This document shows, in pieces, positions 47,208-58,277 of a DNA stretch of 64,000 bases. The notes under the pieces were generated by a model, which worked only from the letters and a program-made list of their open reading frames with translations, searched no databases and was not told the origin of the DNA. A program made the translations under genes and the position numbers. Position 1 is the first letter of the stretch, and each line of letters opens with the position of its first letter. This DNA comes from Patescibacteria group bacterium (GTDB taxonomy: Bacteria > Patescibacteriota > Patescibacteriia > 2-01-FULL-39-33): assembly GCA_041649575.1 (NCBI GenBank), contig JBAZMW010000005.1, forward strand, positions 38,734-102,733, written 5' to 3'.

Positions 47208-48593
47208 ATGTTGGTAATAAAGAAAATTATAAGGATGAAAACACTGTTAAAAAAAATAATTCCCAAAAATTTACTAAACCAATATTATAGAATGTTGGCG
47301 CTTTTTGCTAATTATTTTTACTTAAAACCAGCGGAGAAGATGGTGGTTATTGGTGTCACTGGCACCAATGGCAAATCCACCACCTGCCTGCTAATAGCCA
47401 AAATCTTAGAAGAGGCTGGCTATAAGGCAGGAATCACCTCCACCGCGATTTTTAAAGTGGCCGACCAGGAATGGCTCAATGATATTAAAATGACTATGCC
47501 GGGCCGTTTGGCTTTGCAAAAAATGTTAAAGAGAATGCTAAAAGCCGGCTGCAGGTATGCGGTGGTCGAGACCTCGTCAGAAGGGATCAAACAGTTCAGG
47601 CATTTGGGAATCCATTATGATCTCGGCGTTTTTACCAACCTAACCCCAGAGCACATAGAGTCGCACGGCGGTTTTGCCAACTATAAAAAAGCCAAATTAA
47701 AATTATTTGAGCATTTAGAGAAGCAGCCGAACAAAATCATAGCAAACAAAAAAATTAAAGAGGTAATCGTGGCCAATGGCGATGATGAGCACGTCAAGGA
47801 CTTTCTAAATTTTAAAGTTGATGAAAAATATGTTTATCAAGTTCAAGGTTCAGAAGCGGAAATCTCGGACAAATTTAGGACTGAAAATTTAGAACTGAAA
47901 ATTCTCAAAGCCGAAGAAGTTAGGTTTTTGAATCAAGGAATTTATTTTAGGCTGGAAAACATAGAATTTAATTTGAAATTGTTTGGGCGGTTTAATGTTT
48001 ATAATGCCTTGGCGGCGATAGCGGTGGCGTTGTCGCAAGGCGTGCCGCTAACAATTTGTAAGGCGGCTCTGGAAAAGGTGGAGGTGATGCCCGGCCGGAT
48101 GGAATTCATAAACGAAGGTCAGGATTTTAAATTTTTGGTTGATTACGCGCCCGAACCGGAGAGTATGAAGCAACTTTATCAGGCTATAGACGATTATAAC
48201 ATCAGGGCCGGAGGTAGAATTATACATATTTTTGGTTCTTGTGGCGGCGGGCGGGATAAGGCGCGTCGGCCGATTTTGGGACAGATGGTGGCGCAGAGGG
48301 CGGATTTTTTGATTATAACCAACGAAGATCCTTATGACGACAGTCCCCAACTGATCATTGATCAGGTGGCTCAAGGGGCGCAAAGCGAAGGAAAAGTAGT
48401 AGGAGAAAATTTATTTAAAATTTTAGATCGGCGTGAAGCCATAAAATTTGCTTTAAATTTAGCCAAGAAAAATGATTTAATAATACTTACCGGAAAGGCC
48501 TGTGAGCAAGCAATCTGCGTGGCTAATGGTCAAAAAATTCCCTGGGACGATCGAAAAGTGGCCAGAGGAGAATTAAAAATGATTAAAAAATAA
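47208..48593 (+). CDS. murE: Mur ligase family protein, probably UDP-MurNAc-tripeptide synthetase MurE
   Basis: VIGVTGTNGKSTT P-loop, DYAPEPESM (the DYAHTP-like motif of MurE), C-terminal ligase domain. The true start may be downstream of 47208. Confidence 0.7.
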   Translation: MLVIKKIIRMKTLLKKIIPKNLLNQYYRMLALFANYFYLKPAEKMVVIGVTGTNGKSTTCLLIAKILEEAGYKAGITSTAIFKVADQEWLNDIKMTMPGRLALQKMLKRMLKAGCRYAVVETSSEGIKQFRHLGIHYDLGVFTNLTPEHIESHGGFANYKKAKLKLFEHLEKQPNKIIANKKIKEVIVANGDDEHVKDFLNFKVDEKYVYQVQGSEAEISDKFRTENLELKILKAEEVRFLNQGIYFRLENIEFNLKLFGRFNVYNALAAIAVALSQGVPLTICKAALEKVEVMPGRMEFINEGQDFKFLVDYAPEPESMKQLYQAIDDYNIRAGGRIIHIFGSCGGGRDKARRPILGQMVAQRADFLIITNEDPYDDSPQLIIDQVAQGAQSEGKVVGENLFKILDRREAIKFALNLAKKNDLIILTGKACEQAICVANGQKIPWDDRKVARGELKMIKK

Positions 48594-48607
48594 GGAATTT
48601 TTTAATA

Positions 48608-48700
48608 ACTGTGGATAACTTGGGTAAATTATTTTTTAATATAAAGGCATTTTTTGATTTTAATTGTTAATTTTTATCAATTTTTATCTAAATTTAGATA
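48608..48700. promoter_or_regulatory. rpoB upstream region with a DnaA-box 11-mer (minus strand) and a TATCTAAATTTAGATA palindrome
   Basis: TGTGGATAA at 48610-48618 (CTGTGGATAAC is the reverse complement of GTTATCCACAG). Perfect 16-bp palindrome at 48685-48700 followed by AAAAATAAATTAATT, also found at 56211-56245. Confidence 0.35.
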
Positions 48701-48972
48701 AAAAATAAATTAATTTGACTTTTTTATTTTTTTTACTTAAAACCGTTGACTTTTTAAGGTCGTTTCTGTTAATATAAAGTTAATGGTTTTTTAGTTCGAT
48801 TTTTTCTAAAAATCACTCTAACAAACCCTACTATTAGAAGTCATTGGGTTAATAACCTTCAGAAATAGTGGGTAAAAGCAAAAAACAAACCTAAATTCAC
48901 ATCTGACTCATTTCTAGTTTAATCAAAATCCGGCCGGGAACCGGAAAAAAACGAAAGAAATGAGGATTTTTT

Positions 48973-51900
48973 ATGTCTCAACAAAACCAGGACAATAAAA
49001 AAGTCATTAATGGCCGGGTTAGTTTTTCTGGCCAAGATTCTTGGCAGCAACCGCCAGATCTTATAGAATTGCAAAAAAAGTCTTACAAACTTTTTTGGCA
49101 GGAAGGATTGAACGAGTTGTTTGAGGAAGTCTCTCCGATTACGGATTTTATTGGCCGTGACCTGGAACTCTATTTTGGTAATTACTTTTTGGACGAAGCC
49201 AAATTTGACGAAGCTACTTCCAAGGAAAAGAATATTTCTTTTGAAGCGCCGCTAAGAGTCAACGCCAAGCTGGTCAATAAAAAAACAGGCCAGACAATGG
49301 AGCAGGAAGTTTTCTTGGGCGATTTTCCGCTAATGACCGAAAGGGGAACTTTCATTATTAATGGTATTGAGAGAGTAGTGGTGTCGCAACTAATCCGCTC
49401 GGCCGGAGTTTTTTTTACGGCTCAAAAATGGGGTGACCGTAATTTTTATGGCGCTAAAATCATTCCCAACCGAGGCTCCTGGCTGGAGTTTGAAACAGAT
49501 TCCAATGGAGTGGTTTGGGTAAAAATCGATCGCAAAAGAAAAGTAGCCGCCACCGCCCTGTTAAGAGCCTTTGGTTTTTCTAGCGATGAAGAGATAACGA
49601 ATTTATTTAAAGAGACGACGGATAAGTTTGAAATTAACAATATCGAAGCCACCTTAAGAAAAGATTCTTCCAAAAACGAGGTTGACGGTCTGATAGAGGT
49701 TTATAAACGCATTCGGCCTGGTGATTTGGCGACTGCCGATAACGCCAAGCAGCTGATTGACAATATGTTTTTTAATTTTGCTCGCTATGATTTTGGCAGC
49801 ATTGGCCGTTACAAAATGAACCAACGTTTTGTTCAGAAGTTGGCAATCAATAAAGAAAACAGAGTTTTATTGAAGGACGACATTATTAATATTTTGAAAG
49901 AAATCGTCCGTCTGAACAACACCCAAGAGGGGCCGGACGACATCGATCATTTGGGTAATCGCCGGGTGCGCGCCGTGGGCGAATTGATTCAAAATAAATT
50001 TCGAATCGGTTTGATCAGGATGGAACGCATCGTCAAAGATCGGATGAGCACCCTAGACATTAATACCTTGACGCCCAACAAGCTGATTAACGCTCGGCCG
50101 GTTATCAGCGCGGTAAAAGAATTTTTTATGTCCAGCCAATTGTCGCAATTTATGGATCAGGTCAATCCTTTGGCTGAACTGGAGCACAAAAGAAGGTTGT
50201 CAGCCATGGGTCCGGGTGGCTTGTCCAGAGAACGGGCCAGTTTTGAAGTTCGTGACGTGCACCAAACTCATTATGGTCGCATTTGTCCGATTGCCACTCC
50301 GGAAGGCCCGAATATCGGTTTGGTGGGGCATTTATCAACTTTTGCTCGGGTCAACAATTACGGTTTTATTGAGACGCCCTATTATAAAACGGAAAAGGAT
50401 CAAGCTGGCCGGCCGCGAGTCACCAAAGAGCTGGTTTATATCGACGCTATCGAAGAAAGCCGTTCTACTACCACTCCTTCAACCACCAAAATTGATAAAG
50501 ACGGGTATTTTTTGGAAGAAAAAACGGAGGCCAGAGTTAGGCTTAACCCGACTATCACCAATGTTAAAAACATTGATTATATGGACGTGGCCTCCAATCA
50601 GATTGTCTCGGTGGCGACATCCTTGATTCCTTTTTTGGAGCATGACGACGCGGTGAGAGCGCTGATGGGAACGAACATGCAACGCCAGGCGGTTTCTTGC
50701 ATCAGGCCACAGGCGCCGCTAGTGGGCACGGGCATCGAGGCCAAGGCCGCTTATGATTCTGGTCATTTGATTATTGCCGAAGAGGCGGGCGAAGTGATAG
50801 ATATTAGCGGCGATAAAATCGAGGTTCTGAACAAAAATAATCACATTAATTCTTATCGTTTGAATAAGTTTGTCCGTTCCAACGCCACCACCTGCATCAA
50901 TCAAAAGCCGCTAGTGGAAAAGGGACAGAAGGTTAAAAAGGGCGAGATTCTGGCTGACGGACCGTCTATTGATCATGGCGAACTGGCTTTGGGCCAAAAT
51001 ATTCTGGTGGCCTTCATGCCTTGGCAAGGCTATAACTACGAAGACGCGATTATTATCTCTGAACGTTTAATCCAGCAAGATCGTTACTCTTCGATTCATA
51101 TAGAAAATTATGTTTGCGAAGTGCGGGAAACCAAACTGGGTCCGGAAGTGGTCACTTCCGACATACCAAACGTTTCGGAAGAAAAATTAAAAGATTTGGA
51201 TGAAGAGGGAATTGTGCGAATCGGCGCCAATGTGAGAAGCGGCGATATTTTGGTCGGCAAAATCACACCCAAAGGCGAAACGGAATTATCGGCGGAAGAA
51301 AAGCTACTGCGGGCAATTTTCGGAGAAAAAGCCAGAGACGTCCGTGATTCTTCTCTGTATCTCGAGCACGGGTCTTCGGGCAAGGTGATTGATATCAAGA
51401 TTTTTTCCAGAGAGAATGGCGATAAATTGTCGGCTGGCATGATTAAGATGGTCCAGGTGACGGTGGCTTCTTTACGCAAGGTTCAGGTGGGCGACAAAAT
51501 GGCCGGCCGTCATGGCAATAAGGGAGTTATTTCCAAAGTGGTGCCGGTGGAAGACCTGCCTTATTTGGAAGATGGCCGGCCGGTGGATATCATTCTTTCT
51601 CCTTTAGGCGTTGTTTCGCGTATGAATCTGGGACAAATTTTGGAAACCCACATGGGTCTGGCCGCCAAAGCCCTGGGTTACAAAGTGATGACGCCGGTTT
51701 TCAACGGAATTAGCGAAGAGACGATAAGAGACGAACTAGAACTGGCCGGCTTTAGTCGCGATGGCCGGATTCAGCTCTATGACGGCCGAACCGGAGAGCC
51801 TTTCGATAAAAAAACCACGGTGGGTTATATTTATATGATGAAATTAAATCATCTGGTGGAAGATAAAATCCACCAGCGATCTATTGGCCCTTATTCTTTG

Positions 51901-52245
51901 ATTACTCAGCAGCCTTTGGGCGGCAAGGCGCAGTTTGGCGGCCAGAGATTTGGCGAGATGGAAGTCTGGGCCCTGGAAGGTTATGGCGCGGCTCATACTT
52001 TGCAAGAAATTTTAACCATCAAATCCGACGACGTGGTCGGCCGCTCCAAAACCTATGAAGCCATCATCAAAGGCGAGCCGATAGATAATTTGAATATCCC
52101 AGAGAGTTTCAACGTTTTGGTCAGGGAGTTGAAAGGATTGTGCCTGAACGTGGATTTGCTCGGTGGCGGCAAAGTACAGCCCGAACCATCGGTGGAAGAA
52201 GAAATTGAGGCGGAAGAGATGCCCAAAAAAAGAAAAAATAAATAA
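48973..52245 (+). CDS. rpoB: DNA-directed RNA polymerase subunit beta
   Basis: 1090 aa. Conserved beta-subunit blocks (for example [20 protein letters not shown]). Confidence 0.95.
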   Translation: MSQQNQDNKKVINGRVSFSGQDSWQQPPDLIELQKKSYKLFWQEGLNELFEEVSPITDFIGRDLELYFGNYFLDEAKFDEATSKEKNISFEAPLRVNAKLVNKKTGQTMEQEVFLGDFPLMTERGTFIINGIERVVVSQLIRSAGVFFTAQKWGDRNFYGAKIIPNRGSWLEFETDSNGVVWVKIDRKRKVAATALLRAFGFSSDEEITNLFKETTDKFEINNIEATLRKDSSKNEVDGLIEVYKRIRPGDLATADNAKQLIDNMFFNFARYDFGSIGRYKMNQRFVQKLAINKENRVLLKDDIINILKEIVRLNNTQEGPDDIDHLGNRRVRAVGELIQNKFRIGLIRMERIVKDRMSTLDINTLTPNKLINARPVISAVKEFFMSSQLSQFMDQVNPLAELEHKRRLSAMGPGGLSRERASFEVRDVHQTHYGRICPIATPEGPNIGLVGHLSTFARVNNYGFIETPYYKTEKDQAGRPRVTKELVYIDAIEESRSTTTPSTTKIDKDGYFLEEKTEARVRLNPTITNVKNIDYMDVASNQIVSVATSLIPFLEHDDAVRALMGTNMQRQAVSCIRPQAPLVGTGIEAKAAYDSGHLIIAEEAGEVIDISGDKIEVLNKNNHINSYRLNKFVRSNATTCINQKPLVEKGQKVKKGEILADGPSIDHGELALGQNILVAFMPWQGYNYEDAIIISERLIQQDRYSSIHIENYVCEVRETKLGPEVVTSDIPNVSEEKLKDLDEEGIVRIGANVRSGDILVGKITPKGETELSAEEKLLRAIFGEKARDVRDSSLYLEHGSSGKVIDIKIFSRENGDKLSAGMIKMVQVTVASLRKVQVGDKMAGRHGNKGVISKVVPVEDLPYLEDGRPVDIILSPLGVVSRMNLGQILETHMGLAAKALGYKVMTPVFNGISEETIRDELELAGFSRDGRIQLYDGRTGEPFDKKTTVGYIYMMKLNHLVEDKIHQRSIGPYSLITQQPLGGKAQFGGQRFGEMEVWALEGYGAAHTLQEILTIKSDDVVGRSKTYEAIIKGEPIDNLNIPESFNVLVRELKGLCLNVDLLGGGKVQPEPSVEEEIEAEEMPKKRKNK

Positions 52246-52271
52246 TCGTTTTAATTTTTTCAGCAAAGCCT

Positions 52272-55200
52272 ATGATTACCAGTCAGGATCCCAATTTAGA
52301 CTTTGAGGCCATCAAGCTTAGGCTGGCTTCTTCAAATGATATAAAAGCCTGGTCTCATGGCGAAGTGACTCGGCCGGAAACCATTAATTACCGCACCCAA
52401 AAACCGGAGCGGGATGGTTTGTTTTGTGAGAGAATTTTTGGTCCGGTCAAGGATTGGGAATGTTATTGCGGTAAATACAAAAAAATTCGCTATAAGGGGA
52501 TTGTTTGCGATAAGTGCGGCGTGGAAGTGACAAAAGCCATTGTTCGCCGGGAGCGCATGGGTCATATTGAACTGGCGTCGCCGGTTTCTCATATTTGGTT
52601 TTTGCGGGGCGTGCCTTCTCGCATCGGCTTAGCTTTGGATTTATCGGTTCAGTCTCTGGAAAAGGTTGTTTATTTCGCCAGCTTTATTATTACTTCCGTC
52701 AACGAGGAGTTAAAGGCGGAGACGCTGGGTCAAATCAAGGCTGAGTATAAACAATATCGTAAACAAATTGAAAATGAATCGGAAAGAAAGGTGGAACAAC
52801 TGAAAAAAATTGGCGAAACCAAGGCGGGTGTTCTAGAAAAAGAAACGGAGAAAATATTTGTCCAAAAAGAGGACAAATTAAAAGAGCTGGAAAATACCAT
52901 GATAGTGGCGGAAAACGAATTGAAAGACTTGAAACCCTTGAAAATTATTTCGGAACACGCTTTTCACGATTTGTCTTTGAAATATGGTCATATTTTTGAG
53001 GCCGATACCGGCGGCGAAGCGGTGCGCCGGCTGCTGTCGAAAATCAATCTGGAAGAAACTGTAAAAAAACTGGAAATAGAAACCGTTAAGGCGACGGGAG
53101 TCAAAAGAGGCAAGTTGATTAGGCGGGCTAAATTTTTTAACCAGCTTATCAAAAATGGAATTCGTCCCGAATGGATGATTTTAACTACCATCCCCGTTAT
53201 TCCTCCGGATTTACGGCCGATGGTGCCTTTGGACGGCGGTCGTTTTGCCACCTCTGATTTGAATGATCTTTATCGTCGGGTGATTAACCGCAATAATCGT
53301 TTAAAACAACTCTTGGAGTTAAACGCCCCGGAGGTCATTACCAGAAACGAGAAAAGAATGCTTCAGGAAGCGGTTGATGCCTTAATTGATAATAACGCCC
53401 GCCATGGTAAAACCGTGGTGGCTTCAACCGGCCAAAAAAGAATGTTAAAAAGTATCGCCGATATGCTCAAAGGCAAGCAGGGCCGTTTCCGACAAAATTT
53501 ATTAGGCAAAAGAATTGACTACAGCGGCCGCAGCGTGATCGTTGTCGGTCCGGAGCTCAAGATGGATCAGTGCGGTCTGCCCAAAATTATGGCCCTGGAA
53601 TTGTTTAAGCCGTTTATTATTTCCAAATTAATCCAGCGCGGGTTGGTTCATAATGTTAGAAGCGCTAATCGCTATATCGAAAGTGGACACGAAGAAATTT
53701 GGGATTTACTAGAAGAAGTAGTGGAGGGTTCATATGTTTTATTGAATCGCGCTCCCACTTTGCATCGCCTGGGCATCCAGGCCTTCCGCCCGATTTTAAT
53801 CGATGGTCGGGCAATCCAGGTTCATCCCTTGGTTTGTCCGGCGTTTAATGCCGACTTTGATGGCGACCAAATGGCGGTTCATGTGCCATTGACCGAAGGG
53901 GCCCGCAAAGAAGCCAAGGAAATCATGCTCTCCACCAATAATATTTTGAAGCCGGCCGACGGCCGGCCAGTGGTGACGCCGCAGCAAGATATTATTTGGG
54001 GCTGCTATTACTTGACCACCATTAAAGAGACCGCAGAGCCAAAAGTTTTTTCGTCCCAAAATGAAGCGTTGTTGGCTTTTGAAAAGAAGCAAATAACCTT
54101 TCAGGATAAAATCAGGATTCGTTTTAAAAAGGGAGTCAAAAAAAGCAAAAAACAAGCCGCGGAAAAAATAGAGCTATTGGAAACCACTTTGGGCAGGATT
54201 CTTTTTAATTCGGTTTTGCCGGTCAGTTTGGATTTTATCAATGAAAGAGTGGGCAAAAAAGAATTGAGCAAAATTTTAAGCAATATTTTACGTCGGTTTG
54301 GTTCGGAGGAAACCGTTCGGACTCTTGATGATCTAAAAGAGCTTGGTTTTCGCCATTTGACCCGATCGGGACAGTCGCTGGGTATGGATGACTTGTCAGA
54401 AATTAAGGAACGAGAGGAGTTAATTAAGCAAGGTAATAAGAATTTGGATGAGATTGAGCAACAGTATCAGATGGGGCTTTTAACCGATGACGAAAGGCAT
54501 GAAAAAATCGTGGAAATGTGGCTAAACATCAATAACAGCATTTTAAGCAAAGTAAAGGACTCTCTTTCCCAGGATAATTCTATTTTTAGCATGATTGATT
54601 CCGGCGCTCGTGGTTCTTGGGGGCAGCTGAGCCAGCTTATCGGCATGAAAGGCCCCGTGGTCAACCCAGCCTATGAAGTCATTGAATTGCCGGTTAAAGG
54701 TAATTTCAAAAAAGGTTTTGATGTTTTGGAATTTTTTATCTCCACTCACGGCGCTCGCAAAGGATTAACCGATACCGCTCTGCGCACTTCTTCCGCCGGC
54801 TATCTGACCAGAAGGCTGGTTGACGTCTCTCAAGACGTGGTGGTGGCCGAAGAGGATTGCGGCGACAAAGACGGATTGGTTCTGACCAGGACGGAAAGCG
54901 AAGCCATGAATAAAAATTTAGTCGACAGAATAGTTGGCCGTTATTTGGCTGAAGATATCAGCGATCCCAAAACCGGTAAGACCGTAGTGGCCAAGGGAGA
55001 ATTAGTCAAAGAAGAATTAGTTGATAAACTGAAGGAATTAAAGCTAAATCAGGTTCGTATTCGTTCGGTTTTGACTTGTAAGAGCCTGGAAGGCGCTTGT
55101 CAGAAATGTTATGGCTATGATCTGGCTCATAATCAATTGGTGGAAAAGGGCACGGCGGTGGGAATTATCGCGGCGCAAAGCGTGGGCGAACCGGGCACCC

Positions 55201-56168
55201 AGCTGACCATGAGAACCTTTCATACCGGCGGCGTGGCTTCGGAAGGCGATATCACTCAAGGCTTGCCCAGAGTAGAAGAATTGTTTGAGGCTCGAATGCC
55301 AAAAGCAAAAGCGGTAATTGCCGAGGTGGCCGGAAAATTAAGTATCAAAGAAGGACAAAGAGAGGTCAAAAACACCGAAGGTAAAACCGTCATGGCCACT
55401 TCAAGTCGGGAAAGAATCTTGCAGATTAGCTATAAAGATCAGGTTGAAGATAAAATCAATTTCACCAGCAAGAGCGCCAAGTTAAAAGTCAAGGATAGTG
55501 AGAAGGTAAAATTGGGACAAGTATTATTTGTTGAAGACGAGAAAGAGACTACCAGTCCTTTTGAGGCCAAGGTGCGATTAGAAAAAGACGGCGTGGTTTT
55601 GATCAGTGACGGTTTGGGAGTGAAGGAATATATTATTCCGATTTCTCGTGCCATATTGGTCAAAGATGGCGACGAGGTGGAGGCCGGCGATCAATTAACC
55701 GAAGGCAGTCTGGATTTACATCAGACTTACAGTCTGAAAGGACAGGAGTTCACCCAGAAATACATCATGAAAGAGATTCATCTGGTTTATTCTTCCCAGG
55801 GACAAAATTTGAACGACAAACACGTGGAAATTATTGTCAGGCAAATGTTTTCCAAGGTTTACATTAAAGACGCTGGCGACAGCGATCTGATGCCGGGAGA
55901 GGTGATCGGCTACATGGAAATCGCCAATATCAACAAAGAACTGAAAAAACAGGGTAAAAAAGAAGTTGCATTCGACAGATTACTCTTGGGCATTACCAAG
56001 GTTTCTTTGTCCACCAGCAGCTGGTTGGCGGCCGCCTCTTTCCAGGAGACAGCCAAGGTATTAATTGATGCTTCCATTTCCGGTCGAACAGACGACCTTT
56101 CCGGATTAAAAGAAAATATAATTATCGGCCGCCTGATTCCGGCCGGTACCGGTTTCAAAAAAACCTAG
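52272..56168 (+). CDS. rpoC: DNA-directed RNA polymerase subunit beta-prime
   Basis: 1298 aa. Zn-finger [18 protein letters not shown] and catalytic NADFDGDQM. Confidence 0.95.
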   Translation: MITSQDPNLDFEAIKLRLASSNDIKAWSHGEVTRPETINYRTQKPERDGLFCERIFGPVKDWECYCGKYKKIRYKGIVCDKCGVEVTKAIVRRERMGHIELASPVSHIWFLRGVPSRIGLALDLSVQSLEKVVYFASFIITSVNEELKAETLGQIKAEYKQYRKQIENESERKVEQLKKIGETKAGVLEKETEKIFVQKEDKLKELENTMIVAENELKDLKPLKIISEHAFHDLSLKYGHIFEADTGGEAVRRLLSKINLEETVKKLEIETVKATGVKRGKLIRRAKFFNQLIKNGIRPEWMILTTIPVIPPDLRPMVPLDGGRFATSDLNDLYRRVINRNNRLKQLLELNAPEVITRNEKRMLQEAVDALIDNNARHGKTVVASTGQKRMLKSIADMLKGKQGRFRQNLLGKRIDYSGRSVIVVGPELKMDQCGLPKIMALELFKPFIISKLIQRGLVHNVRSANRYIESGHEEIWDLLEEVVEGSYVLLNRAPTLHRLGIQAFRPILIDGRAIQVHPLVCPAFNADFDGDQMAVHVPLTEGARKEAKEIMLSTNNILKPADGRPVVTPQQDIIWGCYYLTTIKETAEPKVFSSQNEALLAFEKKQITFQDKIRIRFKKGVKKSKKQAAEKIELLETTLGRILFNSVLPVSLDFINERVGKKELSKILSNILRRFGSEETVRTLDDLKELGFRHLTRSGQSLGMDDLSEIKEREELIKQGNKNLDEIEQQYQMGLLTDDERHEKIVEMWLNINNSILSKVKDSLSQDNSIFSMIDSGARGSWGQLSQLIGMKGPVVNPAYEVIELPVKGNFKKGFDVLEFFISTHGARKGLTDTALRTSSAGYLTRRLVDVSQDVVVAEEDCGDKDGLVLTRTESEAMNKNLVDRIVGRYLAEDISDPKTGKTVVAKGELVKEELVDKLKELKLNQVRIRSVLTCKSLEGACQKCYGYDLAHNQLVEKGTAVGIIAAQSVGEPGTQLTMRTFHTGGVASEGDITQGLPRVEELFEARMPKAKAVIAEVAGKLSIKEGQREVKNTEGKTVMATSSRERILQISYKDQVEDKINFTSKSAKLKVKDSEKVKLGQVLFVEDEKETTSPFEAKVRLEKDGVVLISDGLGVKEYIIPISRAILVKDGDEVEAGDQLTEGSLDLHQTYSLKGQEFTQKYIMKEIHLVYSSQGQNLNDKHVEIIVRQMFSKVYIKDAGDSDLMPGEVIGYMEIANINKELKKQGKKEVAFDRLLLGITKVSLSTSSWLAAASFQETAKVLIDASISGRTDDLSGLKENIIIGRLIPAGTGFKKT

Positions 56169-56187
56169 CGAATCTTAATAAAATTAA

Positions 56188-56213
56188 GCCCCGTTAAAAG
56201 CGGGGTTTTTTTT
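56188..56213 (+). terminator. Intrinsic terminator after rpoC
   Basis: GCCCCG-TTAAAA-GCGGGG followed by TTTTTTTT. Confidence 0.7.
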
Positions 56214-56320
56214 ATTTAAATTTAGATAAAAATAATTTAATTAATAAGACTTTAAGAGACATTAGAGATATTCAGTGATATGTATTACTTATAATTTGAC
56301 ATTAATATACAATTTTTGTT

Positions 56321-56569
56321 ATGCTGAAAGTAGTTGGGGAAAAGTTAAATTTTTATTATCTAATGTTTAACTCGGAATATAATTTGTTGACAATGGAACA
56401 GGTGGCCCAGCGTCTGGGAGTTTCGTTAAAGACGATTTATCGCTGGATAGAATCCGGCCAATTACCGGTATCTTTGGTTGGCCGGAGAACTTATCGTATT
56501 TTTGAACGTGATTTTGTCAGATTTGTTTATTCCAGACAAATCAACAGACACGTAAATAAAAAAAGATAA
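56321..56569 (+). CDS. Excisionase-family (Xis/MerR-like) helix-turn-helix DNA-binding protein
   Basis: MEQVAQRLGVSLKTIYRWIESGQLP HTH. Paralog of the 61731 ORF. The true start may be the internal Met at about 56366. Confidence 0.6.
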   Translation: MLKVVGEKLNFYYLMFNSEYNLLTMEQVAQRLGVSLKTIYRWIESGQLPVSLVGRRTYRIFERDFVRFVYSRQINRHVNKKR

Positions 56570-56580
56570 TTTTTAAAGAA

Positions 56581-57297
56581 ATGTTAAAACGAAGTAAAAA
56601 ATTTATTTTACTGATGGCAGCGGTCGGCGTGTTGTTTTTTGGCGTTAATTTCTCCGGTGCCGCCATGAGTTCTGATAATTATCAGATTTGGGCGGACGTT
56701 ATTTCCGTCGGCGGGATTGAGAAGGCTAGCTCCACTAATTATCGGATGCACACCACCTTGGGCGAAGGAGCCAGTGGTCGCTTCTCCTCCAGCGGTGATT
56801 CGGGCCGAGCCGGCTTCAGAGAAATGCAAAAGTTTCATTTAACCTTGAGTCTCGGCGCCAGCGCTTTGGCCCTGGGCGAATTAAAAACAACAGAAACCAA
56901 GTCCGCCAGCCATACCTTAACCGTCGAATCAAATTCTGACACGGGCATCAGCGTCACTTTTTCTGGCAGCACTCTGGCTTGCGCCAGTTGCTCCGGCACC
57001 AATAGTGTCAGCGGCATCGGAGGCACCGCTGCCAGCTCGGCGATTGGCACCAGCCAGTTCGGCTTTAACTCGATTATTGATTTGAGCCAGAGCGCCTCGA
57101 CTCCGCTGGCGGGCGCGGTGTCTCCTTATAACACTTCCGGCCAATACGCTTTTAGTAGCGGCTCACAGGTTATTAGCGCCACCACGGCAGTCAATCGAAG
57201 CGTTTTTAATATTAATTATATCGCCAACATCAATGGCAATGAAACGGGCGGCAGCTACAACACAACCATTACCTACACGGCGACTGCCAACTTTTAA
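56581..57297 (+). CDS. Secreted Ser/Thr/Gly-rich protein
   Basis: Signal peptide MLKRSKKFILLMAAVGVLFFG. Low complexity. 238 aa. Confidence 0.5.
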   Translation: MLKRSKKFILLMAAVGVLFFGVNFSGAAMSSDNYQIWADVISVGGIEKASSTNYRMHTTLGEGASGRFSSSGDSGRAGFREMQKFHLTLSLGASALALGELKTTETKSASHTLTVESNSDTGISVTFSGSTLACASCSGTNSVSGIGGTAASSAIGTSQFGFNSIIDLSQSASTPLAGAVSPYNTSGQYAFSSGSQVISATTAVNRSVFNINYIANINGNETGGSYNTTITYTATANF

Positions 57298-57317
57298 TTA
57301 ACAAATACTTAATCAAA

Positions 57318-58277
57318 ATGAGGATAAAAAAAATTTATATTTTACCGGCAATTTTGTTTCTGGCCATTATTTTGCCCAATTTGGCCAAGGCGTTCTCGGT
57401 TTCGCCGCCGATAATAGAGACAGATTTGAATCCCGGCCAATCTGGTCTAGAAAATCTGGTTTTGTTTAACGAAACCGAACAGGAAGTTTTTTTAAACGGC
57501 TACGTAGAGACATTTAGGCCCAGAGGCGAGGCGGGCGAGGTGGAAGTGGTGCCACCGGCTGTTTCCCAGCAGGCGGTTGCCTGGCTTAAATTGCCTGAAA
57601 ATTCTCTAAGCTTGAAGCCGGGAGAAGAAAAAACAGTGCCTCTGATAATTAACGTGTCCAAAACCGCCCAGGTTGGCGGCTATTATTTGGCGGTTATGTG
57701 GGAAACGTCGCTAGGGCCCAAAAAACAAACCAACCAGGTTCAGGTTTCCGGGCGGCTGGGCGTTTTGATTTTTTTGCGGGTTGAAGGCGCAGCCAAGGAA
57801 GAAATTTCTTTGAAGGATTTTCGGCTGGCAGAAAAAAAACAGGTGTTCGATCGTTTGCCGGTCGGTTTTGTGAGTCGCCTAGAAAACACCGGCAACGTTC
57901 ATCTAAAACCAAAAGGATTAATTATCATCAAAAGTATTTTTGGCGTTGACGAGGTTTTGCCTTTTAACGAGGAGGAAAAAAATATCATGCCCCAGAGCAT
58001 CAGAAGTTTTAACAATGACTGGGTTAAGGCCGGAGACAGGGCAAAGGCTGGTGGTTTTTGGTCGGAACTGAAGGCGGAACTAGGGCAATTTGCCTGCGGC
58101 CGGTTTTCGGCCCAGTTACAAGCGGAATACGGTCCAGATCATCAAAAAATAAATTCGGAAAAAATTTATTTTTGGGTGTTGCCCTGGCGCCTCTTACTTT
58201 TAGCCGCAATCGGATTAATAATTTTTTTAGTTGCAACATTAACCTTAAGAAAAATTAGCAAAAATAAGAGCGCTTAA
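57318..58277 (+). CDS. Cell-surface protein with N-terminal signal peptide and C-terminal TM anchor
   Basis: Signal peptide MRIKKIYILPAILFLAIILPNLAKA. C-terminal LLLLAAIGLIIFLVATLTL plus a basic tail. The 1-nt stop/start overlap (TAATG) with the next gene indicates an operon. Confidence 0.5.
   Translation: MRIKKIYILPAILFLAIILPNLAKAFSVSPPIIETDLNPGQSGLENLVLFNETEQEVFLNGYVETFRPRGEAGEVEVVPPAVSQQAVAWLKLPENSLSLKPGEEKTVPLIINVSKTAQVGGYYLAVMWETSLGPKKQTNQVQVSGRLGVLIFLRVEGAAKEEISLKDFRLAEKKQVFDRLPVGFVSRLENTGNVHLKPKGLIIIKSIFGVDEVLPFNEEEKNIMPQSIRSFNNDWVKAGDRAKAGGFWSELKAELGQFACGRFSAQLQAEYGPDHQKINSEKIYFWVLPWRLLLLAAIGLIIFLVATLTLRKISKNKSA

Noticed and set aside
14929-48618. DnaA boxes marking the replication origin
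   Set aside because: Only three isolated boxes lie far apart, with no clustered array, no dnaA/dnaN genes and no obvious DUE. The promoter-proximal arrangement fits transcriptional regulation better.
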